From: the human T2T-CHM13v2.0 reference genome, Homo sapiens
NCBI RefSeq assembly: GCF_009914755.1
Contig: NC_060930.1
Strand: one strand, 5' to 3'
Length of the DNA: 64,000 bases
Both the position numbers and the translations under genes were made by a program. Shown here in pieces: positions 40,901-56,167 of this stretch (its first letter is position 1; the number at the start of each line of letters is the position of its first letter). Below the pieces are notes generated by a model. That model was not told the DNA's origin, made no database searches, and saw only the letters and a list, made by a program, of their open reading frames with translations.

Positions 40901-41759
40901 GATCTTTAGTTTTGAAACCAAGTGCTGCTGCTACTTTCCACATCCCCTTCCCATTTAAAGCCCCAACTGAATTCCACCTCTGCAGTGATTCCCAACACCA
41001 GTTCATGAAAAAGTTTTCATCAGCTAGGGAGGCAATATACAAGCAAAGGACAATGGAGTGAATCTTTCATAAAACAAAATTTCTTCTATATAAAGGCCTG
41101 TCTTCTAAAATATGTCCTACTTCCTTTTTGTGTGTTAAGAGTTCCTTAGTTTTACTAAATAATGGCAAGATAATTTGTTTTTTTAATGCCCTGACATGGC
41201 AAAATATTTGGCAACCCCGGATCCATGCCCTGGTTTTGGGAAATGTGAAATCTGGAGACCAGGTGGCCCCTGCTCAGAGTCTGCTCCACTACCACCTTCC
41301 TGATACTGCAGAGTGGTCACCTGACATCAGTCAGGTGAGGGAAGGGGCCCATCTGCATTAACCAAGGCTGACAATGACCTGCCAAAGCAGCAGAGTTGAC
41401 AGCTAACTATGAGACAATCAGGAAAATGTTAGCCCAGTGTGTAATTTAATCACTTATTTCTTCCTAATTACCTCTTTAGAATTTAGCATCTTAATGAGAA
41501 CATTAAACTTCCCCTTCATGGCTGCTTAGTCACTCACATTTAAGTATTGTTAAATAAATAGTTAAATAAGGCCCTAAAGTGTATTTACTTCTGTGCTCCC
41601 AACTTCACCTTCTTTATTAGAGAGAAGTGCTTAAAGCCTATTACCCTGTTAGCACCCAAAAAATGTCTTAGTTTGGGACCCCCTGGCATGAAATCAGTCT
41701 TCCACAAAGGGACTGTATGTAACTAAGCCTTTGGGAGAGGACTGTGCAAAAATGTAGGT

Positions 41760-41920
41760 GCTGGAGTAAAAAGACCTATGTCTGGATCTCAGCTCACAAC
41801 TTAGTCTCAGGTTCCTCATCTAAAAGTGGGGTTGGTAACAGTACCTGCCTGCATAGAGTGGTTATGTTTAGGACAGTCTTGGTAGTTGGTGAATAATCAA
41901 TAATGGTTATACTGCTATTA
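41760..41920 (+). mobile_element. MIR SINE fragment
   Basis: ctggagtaaaaagacct...tctcaggttcctcatctaaaagtgggg. Confidence 0.65.
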
Positions 41921-42340
41921 TGGTGAATATGGGAGATTTTCAAAGTACTGTCTTTAACACAGGAATCATGGTTAGACCTGGAAAGGCTTTTAAATAATCT
42001 AGCCCAGTGTGACAGATGGGATTTGCCACTTTATAGATGGAACAAAATGGCAGGGGTGGATGGGGGTGTGTGTGTGGGAGGATCTAGACAGAACAGAGCC
42101 AACAGGAGGCAGAGCCTGGACTTGTGTGAGTCTAGTCCAGAGTTTTCTCCACCACATGTGTCCTCCCACTTGGGAGTATTTGCTTCTTGGCTTCCAAGGT
42201 TATTTTTTTGGCCAGGAAAAACTATATGCAGAGTTCAAAATGGTGGTATTATTTAAACATTTAAAGATGGCAAATTCCATACTATAAAAATGCAATGCAA
42301 AAAAAAATTTGGTAGTTCACGACTTCATCATTTCAGAATA

Positions 42341-42346
42341 TTTATT
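42341..42346 (-). terminator. polyadenylation signal AATAAA (distal)
   Basis: tttatt on the + strand. On the mRNA strand it is followed by the U-rich tract tttttttttgcattgcattttt (~42309-42286). Confidence 0.7.
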
Positions 42347-42719
42347 GCTATTGCTGAGTATTCTAAAAAATTTAAATGCATTAAAAATAATGTAACAGAA
42401 TATCTACTCATACAGTAGACTGCTAAGATTAGATGAAGAGAAATAATATAAACATCATATAAAGATGTGCTTTCTCCCATTCCTCTCCACTTCAAAAATA
42501 AAAGGTTCAAACTACACCCCCCTGTGTCAATCAAATTTCTCAGTTTCTCAGAAAGAAAAATAGAGGCTTTCCAAGTCTTTATGCTAATCTCTACAAAGCC
42601 AGATGGATTACACTGGGTGTGGCTGACAGCAGTAGGATGTGATGCCAGCAATAGAAGGGACACAAGAGTATCACCAGTAAAACAAAGTAGATACACTTAT
42701 GCTAATTTAAATCAGTAGT

Positions 42720-42725
42720 TTTATT
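42720..42725 (-). terminator. polyadenylation signal AATAAA (proximal of tandem pair)
   Basis: tttatt on the + strand. On the mRNA strand it is followed after ~25-35 nt by the GU/U-rich tract tctactttgttttactggtgatactcttgtgt. Confidence 0.8.
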
Positions 42726-45149
42726 ACAATACGCACTGACACACAATTGGAAAAGGAATGTCCTGACATTTTCTGAGCATTTCACGGAAAGCAAATGTAA
42801 CCATCCACGCAGTAGAGTCATCCACACCTTTTCCTAACAAAAAGCAAAAGCTTTCACATGTGATAACTGAAGAAAGCAAAGTTTTCTTATTCTTGTCTAA
42901 AAAACTTCAGTCTCAGAAAATAGTTATTGAAGTGAGCTGAGAAGGAGCACATTTCCTTCACAATGTCCAAAATCCTGCCTCTAGATTATCCCCCTGACCT
43001 TCTAAATGACTTTTATAATACTGCAGATGGTATTATGTTCAGGGGCTAAATGGGATCTACTTATAAGGCCAACTACTCTATGTCACTATAATTGAAAGGA
43101 AAGAATAAATTAAGAAAATTAAGTCCTGCTAAAATGCACAAAGACTTGAAGAAAATATCTGGGTGTATTAAAAGTGAGATGCTCTTTTCACGTAACTCAT
43201 TTGAAAGGTTACAATTACCATAAACATTTTAACTCCATTAAAGATCATTGGCAAAAGCTTGCTTTCGTATCTGCAAAAGGGCTCTGCCTTTCCACAGGCT
43301 CGGAGGGAAAGCAGCACACCGTGGAAGAGTCACTCGTCCTGGGGAAGCAGGCATCAGACTATTTGAAGTTGCATAGGCATTTTTTTTTTAATCCATTTTG
43401 TAAAAGATACTATGGAACCTTGAGAATTTTCCCTCCTTCAATAGTCATTGTGGCATCAGTTGTTTTAATCCCTTTAGCGCCCAAATGTGCAAAAACACTC
43501 TAGTAAAAAACGTTACAATGGCGTTTTGGATAAATTCACTATACATTACATGACTTGGGAACAACGAAGAAAAAAGCCCAAGCTTGACTCAACTATTTCA
43601 TATAGAAAAGCACTGCAGGAGAAAACTTTGTTTAAAAACATTAAAACTCAGGTGAATATAAATACATTTTTGGTTCATCTGTGCTATGTCCATATAGAAA
43701 TCCCGTCAGATATTCAGTCTACCGGGTAATTCAGTTGGATTTCGTGTCTGACTGAATCAGTAGAAGAATATACACTTGCATATACTTACACAGATATGCA
43801 TTTACATATACAATTCAGACCATGAAAATTTGTTTTAAATACATTTACTTAAAACATGTACCTCTAAAAATAAATACACTAGCCTCCATTTAGCTAATTC
43901 TCAGAGTTCTTTCACAAACCAATTAGAACAGTTTATCAACAATGGCAGACAATCAATTAGCCGCCCTTTAAATCCATTATCTATCAGTAAACATTTTAAA
44001 ATTCAGATGTATAACAGAAATAACATCCGCAGAATAGAATGTAGATAGAATTCTCGCTTTGAAAATAAATGTCTTGATTTCCTTGATATTTAGTTCCTAC
44101 AGATGTCTACACTTTGCCTCTGCATTTATCTAGCAGTGGGAGAGCATTTTCTGGTGACAGCATTCTATTCCATGACATTACCTTCTAATCAAAGAAGTTA
44201 GCTGGCATTCCCTTTGCTGTTTTGTTCGAGAGAAGGAACACAACATCGTTTGTATTTGATATCACTCCCATAGATCACAGTGAGTTGTGTGTTTTAACGT
44301 AATTTACAATGTGCTGATACCACTGAGGTAAAGCAGAAGTAGCCCTGGCATTTAAAAAAAGAAGTCTCCCAGGAGAACAACACATAAAGGACCTGGTGGT
44401 GTATGTCCAAGTTCCATGAAGTAACTCAAAACCACTGCCAGAATGGACACACTGGATATCTGATATCATAGTCGAAACAATACAAACAGATGAAAATACT
44501 CAAAATACTTCCTTTAGAAACAATGCAATTCACAAAAATGGAGCTTTACTTTTTTCTTTTACATTTCCAAAAAACTTGTTAAAATGATATAAACCAGACC
44601 AAGTTGTTTAATATAGTACAACTTAACAACCCTGTCATTTGTTTTTGAATACAGGGATCTCAGAAATGTAGGAAATCCATGGTAAATGATAGCAAGAATG
44701 TTTAATGCCATTGCCTGGATTTTTTAAAAGGAAAATTTGCTACAGTTGTAACACAACTTCTAAAAAATACTGTTTTATGGGCTCACAGTTTCCAGATTGT
44801 TAACTTTATAAATTAAATGTGAAGCTACCCATATATAAACAAGGCCTCTTTTTCATTGATTTCCATCTTGTTTAAACCTTTGGATATTTCAATCTTCAGA
44901 TTCCACAAGGTAAGGCTGAGTTTATCAGATAAATAAGATGTTTAAGTCCACGATGTATTGCAGCACTGAGGAAACGAATGCATCAAGTATTTACAGGCTG
45001 GCTACGATAACTTTCTTTTTTTAAAAAAAATTCAAATGTGTATCAACATCAAGCCACAGTCGTTTTTCAATTTCTCTGGCTACAAAAATGGGCAACAGCG
45101 TTTTTTCCTCATTCCTCTTTCTTCTTAACCCTCAAGTCACAGGCAGGTC

Positions 45150-45313
45150 TTAGGTTAAAGGGCGTGGTCTTTTGGGAGGTGGTGGTGGCATGAGCTCCGT
45201 GTCAGGGTCCAGATGATGTTTTCGCTTCTGTCCTTGAGAAGCTGCAGTACATCTGTCGATGAACTCAAACAGCATCTCCTTGGTGACAGGGTTTGAGATG
45301 CTGTTACACACAG
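45150..45313 (-). CDS. RNGTT: RNGTT last coding exon (C-terminus)
   Basis: Acceptor ctgtctccctttgtccacAG at 45315-45314. The split codon G+CT=Ala keeps frame with the previous exon and gives (A)[56 protein letters not shown] (stop 45152-45150), which I recognise as the human capping enzyme C-terminus. The ORF track missed it because there is no in-frame ATG start. Confidence 0.97.
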
Positions 45314-46702
45314 CTGTGGACAAAGGGAGACAGGTCTCATGTGAGGGTTAATTAAGGCAGCTGACTCACCACAGGCTTATGAGAAAGGTTTTCATCCCAA
45401 TATACTAAATACTTTCCATTTTACCCATTTGAGTGATGTGCTTCACATTGAACTATCTCCTCCCTACCCTACACCCAAAATATGTGCTTGTCTAATGGCT
45501 ACTCTTTACTGCAGTATTAATTTTAAACCAAAACTTTAAATGTTTGGGCTATAAGCATGTCTTCCCCACGGTTTTCTATCCCTCCCAAACCAGTTTTTAT
45601 GGGATTTTAATCTAACACAACACATTGCACCATAGTCTGTATTCAACTAAAACTTCTACAGAAAACGTGCACTATAGTCCTTCAATCTTTCTCTCAGAAA
45701 GAAGTCTACTCTACGAAACATAAAACATGGCACCAGCCACCATTCCTGTTGAATAGGTGGTTTCATTGTAGCTAGCAGACCATATTATCTTCTCTTATCA
45801 AAATTTAGTGCCAGTCCTTTTCATTTTATTTACCTATTTGGTCTTAGAAGAAAAGACATTGGCTTAATCATCCTGACTTTTGAAATTAACTCATCTTGTC
45901 TGAACATGGATGCTAGTTCCAATGAGAACTCCTAAATGTACAACAGTAACTTTTAAACTGCAAAGCTGAAATTGGCAATTTCAATATTTTCTCATTAGCT
46001 TATCATATCATCATCATCATCCTCCTCATCAACTGCACATTCTAAAAGTAAAGTTTGATTAACCTGTTATCTTGGTTTTTACCTTTTTTCAACTCCACTA
46101 AAAATGCAATCCAGAACAACAACTGCTACTGGTAGTGGTATACCTTATAAACTTCAATTAATTTGTGTTGTTCCCCATGAAAGAAACTTACTATTCTGAA
46201 TTCCCAAAGCATTCATATTGTACCCAAAGAACACTCTGAAGAATAGCATAGCAGATTTTGTCTTTTTAAATGGTTTTCGTTTACTTTGTTCTCCATTGTT
46301 TATAAAGCTATTTTAAGAGCTGGAAATTACATTTTCCCCTGATAATTTTGTCTTTTACCATCTGGCAAACAATGGTTTTTATAGTTTTGAATAGATCTGA
46401 AATTATCATGGTTTCTGTTGTTGTTGTTGTTCAATAAATTCAACTTGTATACAGCCCAGTATCCTGCCCTTTAAACTTCTCTTTTGGGTGCATGGGCACA
46501 AGATCACCAGTTTAGAGAGTAGAACCTACAAGCCAACTGGAGCCAAACAGAATACAGACTTGACGTATCTTTCCCATCAAACAAGGATGAAGTCCAAATG
46601 ACTATGCCCCATTAAGCAAAACAACAAAGGCAGCACACTTTGGGTCTAACACCTTAATTTTTGTTTTAAATATAATAAGCACTGGTAAGTTGTCATACTC
46701 AC
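45314..46702 (-). other. RNGTT: RNGTT last intron (GT-AG, 1389 nt)
   Basis: Canonical donor and acceptor joining the two exons in frame. Confidence 0.95.
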
Positions 46703-46826
46703 CCATGGCAGTGTTGTAGGCATTAGGAAAACTTTTGTCTGTTCTCTGTCTCATGAAGACCCAGCTGTTGTTCTCAAATTTGCATTCTATAATTTTGTTG
46801 TCATACTGTTTCAGCTCTTTTGTCAC
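46703..46826 (-). CDS. RNGTT: RNGTT penultimate coding exon (guanylyltransferase OB-fold end, motif VI)
   Basis: Translates [41 protein letters not shown] plus 1 nt, and contains capping-enzyme motif VI (RxRxDK..N). AG acceptor at 46828-46827 follows a pyrimidine tract; GTGAGT donor starts at 46702. Length 124 nt, ending in phase 1. Confidence 0.97.
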
Positions 46827-48289
46827 CTGTTTTGAAAGAGAATTGAGGAAAATATTTAAATAACTTGAAAGGCTTTTTGCTTCTACTATGTGACAGGCAC
46901 ATTAGGAAATGATAAAAATACCTCAGTAACTCTTCATGCAGAGAGCTCTTTGTCATCTGAAGTATCTAATCAAGCTTAAGGTATGGTGTGCACTCCCTTG
47001 TACACATGCTCACTTATCCGACATTTTATAAATAATTGTGAAAATGGCTGTCAATATATAGCAATTAAAAGAAGCTAGGCAGAAACCAGCCATGCTGGGC
47101 CAAATGCAAATATGTTACCATGGGGACCAATACCTTCAATATTGTCTGTGTCTCTACGGCTTTCAGAAATTGAGTATACTGCCTAGGTTTCATCAACTTT
47201 CAGAAAGGTCTAACCATCTAAATTCCTATGTTAAAATCTAAGAAATGCCGTGTACTAGTTAAATGAAAAAGTTACATATCAATAGTGAATACTAGGATCA
47301 AATTCAGGCAATGTACATCCTAAATATTTTGCTTTCCAAGCAGTGACAATTAACCAACAATCTAATCTTCAGGAAACTTAGCCTTTCCATCCCCAAACTA
47401 GTACAAATTTACAGATGAAGCTATTTGTGACATTAGTTGATGGGTTTTTTGGCTTCTTCACCTCAGATGACTGAATATGGATACTCTATCAAAGCTAACA
47501 AGTATCCATGGTAACTACGAACCTTTTAAAAGATATTTCACTGGGCTGTGAGAATGGTTTTCATAAATAGGAACCTAAGCTTATCTTTGTAGTTTTCAAA
47601 TCAAATGCCAGTCATGGTAATATTTTAATTCTGTCCTCATCTTTCATGGCTAACAACTTTTCCTCACAATATGGTAGACTGCAATCATTTAACTTCATTA
47701 GCATTATCTGAAACATTCTCATTTTTCTACCCACATATTCACTACCACCTAGGAATATGACGAGAAGTAAGTTTTTAAAAGATGCTTTCAATTCGCAGAT
47801 TAGGCAGCACATGTCTTCATAAAAACTTTCAAACTATATTCCTTTCCCTTTACATTTGATTGTACCATCTGCATTTTCAACAAATCCAACAGGTGCAATA
47901 CACTCAGTGGTTTTGGAACTAGACATGCCCAAAAAAGTGATATTCCAAGTAGCAAACTTGCCAAATTTATCCTCAAATATTCATTATTTTAGTCTCAATT
48001 CTCTTGCCTTGCTTTCTAGGGACCCATTCTTTTATTTTGGAAACACTGTGTATATGCAAGTATTGGACAACTCATTCAGTTAGGTAAACACAGTTTTGCT
48101 ATACCACATGTAAGGTCTAACAGAAATAAGTTTCTAAACCTTTCAGTGTCTATTTCCTAATTTCTAAAATGGGGAACAAGTTCCTAATTTACTGGGTCAC
48201 TGAAAGAATAATAATTGAAAGTGCCTGGGACATAGAACAATCAGTAAAATTGTTAACCAAATATAAAATTAGGCAATGAAACATTGCTT

Positions 48290-50282
<1,993 letters not shown>

Positions 50283-51510
50283 GAAACACTGCTTAATTAA
50301 AAAAAAAAAACCTTAGAAGTAAATTTACTAAAGGAACCATGATGACATAGGAAGGCTGACTTTGAAAACAGCTGTCAAGAAAATTTTATCATATGTACTT
50401 TACAAGAATGGCTTGCTAGTCAACAATGTGTAGTCTGCACTTTTGCTGACTAGCAACTGTGGTCTTTATCATATAGCTTATCATTCTTGTGTTCTCAGTT
50501 TCAGAATTGCTATAAATTATGTTACTCAATCTGACTGTAACAATTAAGCAGTACTATTAACTATCTGTGTATCTCCTTGGCCACTAAAAATCTGGTAAAC
50601 AGAGCTTTCCAGAAAATGCACGTACCTGCCACTACTAACCTAAACGTATTTCCGTATTTAAGAACAATACATCATTCTTCATTGATCACACCAGTTATAG
50701 TCCCAAGATAGATGCACTACAAGTTACTCATTTGGTTAGGTGGTAAAATATATTTAACTAATAAAAATAATATCTCCCACATGTATACAAACTAAAAACA
50801 GTTTCCAATAATGGTCGGATCAAAAGAATGACCGGTATAAGGGAGAGGAGTTTAATTTTAGATCTAATTTGTTACTATGACAATAATCATCCTCAGCCAA
50901 TTACATATTATTATTTACTAAAACAGGACCCCATCAGGTCTTCTAATCAACTGTTATCCTAGTTTGAGTTAATGAGACCTTGAAAGTAAAAAGAATAAAA
51001 TATTTATAAAACAAGATTTCACATCTGTACCCCAAATTACATTGAACTGATGAGGTTTTACTGTTTCTGAAAAAAACAGAGCAACACACCATATATTTTA
51101 TGTTGAAAAAAATTTGTTGCCTGTATCCATCTGATTGCATACCACACTTTTATACTATTTGAATCTATAAATAATCTGGGGTTAAGAAACTATCAGATGA
51201 AAACGGATCTAGTACTTCTCAAGATTTTAAATTAGCAGCTCAAAGAAAAGTTTCACTTATTAATTTTGGCATTCATCTGTAACTCTTGCCTGAGCAATTA
51301 TTCCTGCGGTGTTCTAATGGGATTTTTCTGTATCCTCCATTCCTTCTACATCTATTATCTAGAGTTCTTCCATAAGAAAGATTTGTCCCTTCTCCCCTAT
51401 TTATTCATTTAATTGCTTATCTGTATTGGTATGGACTCATGGATATTTATTTTATTATTTGGTTTATAATAAAATACTCGTCACTTATTTCATTGCTCAA
51501 ATTGTTCTAG

Positions 51511-51899
<389 letters not shown>

Positions 51900-53114
51900 A
51901 TTGGGGATTTTTTTAAAGAACAGAATTACTCTTCAACAGTCCAGGTTATGCTAAGAAAGTACTGCCACAACTTATTTTGGTCAGAATTAAAAATTATTAT
52001 TAAGAAGAAGGACAGAGGGAGAAAGAAGGAAAGAAGAACGGGGGTGTGGAATGAATATATGAGACTATAAATAAATTTTTGTACATAGAGTTAAACTAAA
52101 TTGACCATTTTTTTCTTTTCTGAAGTTATAATTCTACCTTTTGATAATTCAAAATCTACTTCTATAGTGTGACAGAAGGTGGATTTTTTAAACATATCTC
52201 AAGTAAATGAACTCAAACAAAAATCTTGTTTTCACGTAAATAACTTTGGTTTTTAGTTCTTATGAAGGCAGAGAAAATAAAACATATACATCAGAAATAA
52301 GATGGAATTATAAAAGTTTTCCACGTGGTGTCACAGCAATATAAATAGCTTTAGTCTGAATTATTAGATAAACAGTCTTCTAGAACTACTACCTTATAGC
52401 AGGGCCATGACGTATTATTACTTTAAGAAAGTGTGTCCGCCTACTAAAAGAAGTAAAATACGTGTCACGTTACCTTTTTAAAACACGTTAGACTAGTACT
52501 TCAAAAAACGTTCCTCTGCTGAAATCTATTGGTGTTTGTGCCTCTATAATGAGGAACCACTGTGTAAATGGCACATCTTGCATTTGCTAGGTTAGAAACC
52601 CAGCAACAGGAAGTTTCTCCTTCATGAATGGTGGTGTCTTCATGCCCTTCAGTCAGATACGCAACTAATGAAAGCAGTTACTTAGGAAAGAAGCAGCTAT
52701 AACTCTACCTTATTTACTTATCCCAAGTTATTATAGACAAGTCACAACTAAAGGGTATGAAATTCACACTAAACTACATATTTCTACCATCCAATAAAAT
52801 CAGAGTTAGTCATAGCTATTATTTCATAGAAAATAACTGGACAGATATAAACAAAAACATGTTAGTAGTGGTTATTGGTGGATGGTGGAATTAGAAGTGA
52901 CTTTTATTTTCTTCTCCATGTTTTGCTGTATTTTCCAAACTTTCAACATATGCATGTTTAACTATCATACTTTTTTTGAAACAAAAAATCCTAAAATAAA
53001 CTACGTTTCACCAATGATGATAAACATCAGGTTGGTTTTTAATGTAGAGGTACAAAACGTAAGAAATAAATATTTAAATGGAAAACAAAAAGTCTTGGAA
53101 TAATGCTCTGAGTC

Positions 53115-53560
53115 CACAGCTTGCAAACTGCAATGAGGCACCCCAGAGAGCTACAGCAAATTCACAAGAGCATTGTGGAATATTTTACATTTTTAGGGAA
53201 AGACAGTGACAGGAGTTGGACACCATAAAAATTACTAGTTGAAGCGAGTTCACAGTTTTAATACAGAATTCCTTTAGACGACATTATGTCTTTGTAAAGC
53301 TGGGTCTGGGGCAGTTATTTTGATTAAAACCACATATTGTGCAAAAAAATCAAGGTGTAACAGGACATGTAGTTGTGGTGTCCAATCTGATTCCAAGGTT
53401 TGAGAAGTTGTATGCTCTTTAACACATGCTAAGTTGTTTGGACATAAACACTTAGTTATTTGGATCTATCTGCTTAATAAATGGAATTGTTAGGTATTTC
53501 TTTTGGCTTGGAGGTGCTGTGTATGAGGCAACATGAACCAAGCACATTTGCTAGCCTCTG
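53115..53560. mobile_element. hAT-Charlie-type DNA transposon relic (MER20B-like)
   Basis: ccaatctgattccaaggtttgagaagttgt resembles the Charlie transposase C-terminal region; the subfamily is uncertain. Confidence 0.45.
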
Positions 53561-54096
53561 GCCTAAGTCCTTTTCATTCATCCTTTCTGATCCTATCTCT
53601 AAAACCTACACACAGATTTATGTCTAGCACTTAGTGGAAATCAACCAGAGTATGAAGAACTTTGCTGGAGATGCAGAAACCAGATCATGGTACAAAACAG
53701 AATTTCTATGAAGTTAATTTCATTAACTCTGATCTAGATCAATAAAATATGTGCTCTTCATTGGTTGTACCAGTTTAGAGTAGAGGAGATCCTCAGGAAA
53801 GACATTTCCTTAAATTCCAGAATCATGTGCCTCAGCTTATCAACCAGCTTGTACTGTTGATAGCTGGTTAAGTAAAGGAGGCTAGTATTATCTCTAAGCT
53901 TTTCTCTGCCTCCCTTTCTCCTTCTTACTCCTTCCCCACCTCCCCAAAAACAAAATAAAAGGTTTTAAGACTTAAATATCCTCCCTTTGACACAAGAATG
54001 AATATCATGCATTTGTACTCTATTTCTGAGTGACTAAGATGGCATCTATTCTTGTTTCTCGGTGTCTAAGGTGGCATCTATTCCAGCACCACAATC

Positions 54097-54612
54097 TGTT
54101 AAATAAAAAGTATGCGAGGCCATTAGTTTGGACTAAGCTCCTACACTAAGCCCCAACAGACCAGATTAAAAACCAAAATGGAGTCACTTATACTGAAGCC
54201 CCACAGCACCAAACTGAAACTTAGTTGTTACCTGACCTGAGAAATCAGAGGGAGATAATAGCCAAAATTCTGAAACAGGCCAGTTTCAGTTGGCATGATA
54301 ATAAAGTTCCCTCTGCTTTAATCCTTATCCCAGAAAAAGTAACCTGAAATAACCTGATGTTAACCAGTTATTTTTCTGTTGTTGTGTTTCCCTGTTCCCA
54401 TCTCACAAGGACAGTAACTTTAAATGACCAATCTACTTTTTGTCATTTGTTTCTGCTTTCTTCAGCCTTTTTCTGTATATAAAACTAACCTCCCTTGCTC
54501 AGCTCCTCAGAACACTTATTCTATTTTATGGAATACAGTGTTGCCCGATTCTAGAATTGCAAATTAAAGACAATTAAGATCTTTAAATTTGTTGTAATTT
54601 TGTCTTTTGACA
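54097..54612 (+). mobile_element. ERV1 solo LTR (LTR54/MER57-like)
   Basis: tgttaaataaaa...ggactaagctcct...aaccaaaatggagtcac...ttttgtcttttgaca with TG..CA ends; 4-bp TSD aatc at 54093-54096 and 54613-54616. Confidence 0.8.
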
Positions 54613-56167
54613 AATCAAAATGAAAGCAAATGTTTCAGTTAAACACCAAGTTTATAAAATATACTCAAGTATTAAACACCTATATAGGCAAATGAGTGTT
54701 AGCTGATATACAGAGCTAACCCAAAAGATAGTTTTGATGGATGGCAAATATTTTGTGGATACTCATACACAAAATTTACAGTCAAATATCCATCTAGTTT
54801 GTATTTACTATGATGACTATCATTCTTTCATCTACTCTCATGTGGCTTCTACTTTTTCCACTCTAGCAAAACTCTGGCTGGGTTTGTCAATGACCTCTGT
54901 TGCTAAATCAAATGGACTCATCTTATTTGACCCCTTAGCATTGTCTTACACATTTAAATTCTGCCTCTTTAAAAACATTTCTCTTTTCTAGGCTTCCAGG
55001 AAACAAAATCTGGTTTTCCTCCTCTATCCTTTGCTACTCCTTCTCAGGCTTCTTTGCTAACTACTTCTCTTTTAAAGTTGACAAGTCCCTAGGGGCTGGT
55101 ACTGGATTCTTTTCTTTCTCTAGCAATCTTATTTACCTCCATAGTTTTAAATACCATCTACATGTGAATAACTCCCAAATGTTCTTTCTTGCCACAGTTC
55201 CTGAGCTCTAGAACCATCATTCCTCCCACCTGACAAATACTGATCAACCATGTGCCCGGTAAGGTGTTGTGGACTGGTGACATAATGGTAAACAAGGTAG
55301 ACACAGTCTCTGATCTTTGGAATGTAGTCTAGTGTGAAAGGCAGACAACAAACAAGAAAACAACTACAAAATGTTTACAAAATGATAATGCCTATGGAGA
55401 AAATATTGTGTAACAGAGACTAATGCAGAGAGAAAAATATCTGGCTTTAGGTGGGTTCTAAGGAGATGATATTTAAGCTAAGACCCATAGGATGATAAGA
55501 CCCCAGCCTAAAGAAGGAAAGAAAGGAGGGAGGGAAGGCAGTAGAAAGGAAGCAAAAGCAAGTGGGAGTGCCAAGGGGAGGGGAGACACACACACTTAAG
55601 ACAGTGATTAACAACGTGTCCAAAGGCCTGAGGTAAAAAAGATCTTATGATCTTGGATGCTGAAGCTACAAAGGCAATGCAATGGAAATAATGTCTCTAC
55701 AAGCCTTTGAATGGGGTCCCACATAGATCTAACTCATTTCCAAGCTCTTCTTCTTATATCCTATAATTAACTATATCGGTAAATATATGTTTTTTCAAAA
55801 CTCAACTTTTCACCTGCTTCCAAATCTGTTTCTTCTCTTGTCTTCTCCAATGCAGTAAATGGCAACTCCATCCACCCAATTCCTTGTGACAGAGATCTTG
55901 GTGTCCTCCTGATCCCTTCCTCTTCTTTCCCCTAATATTCAATCCATTACTCAGGCCTATTAATTCTACAACCAAAATATAATCTTAGTATATGTGTTTC
56001 TTCTCTTACTGTCATCATCATAGTCCAACCTATCACAGTGTCTCAGATTCTTGTGACAGCTTCCAAACTGGTCTCTTTTGTATTTTTCCATCCCATAAAT
56101 TCCTTATACTGAAGCCACAATTACTTTTGAAAAATGTTAATCCAATCAAGTCATTCTCTTGCTTAAA

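Larger units (their letters stand above)
42325..45149 (-). other. RNGTT: RNGTT 3'UTR (long form; short form ends ~42700)
   Basis: AT-rich sequence with no recognisable repeat, lying between the stop codon and two AATAAA signals with U/GU-rich downstream elements. Cleavage positions are estimated. Confidence 0.8.

Noticed and set aside
45155-45340. 61-aa ORF overlapping the last RNGTT exon
   Set aside because: It is an alternative frame starting in the intron; the true frame ends at TAA 45152-45150.
54018-54083. Degenerate ~32-bp tandem pair (ctaagRtggcatctattc)
   Set aside because: Two diverged copies only, next to an LTR; no evidence of function.
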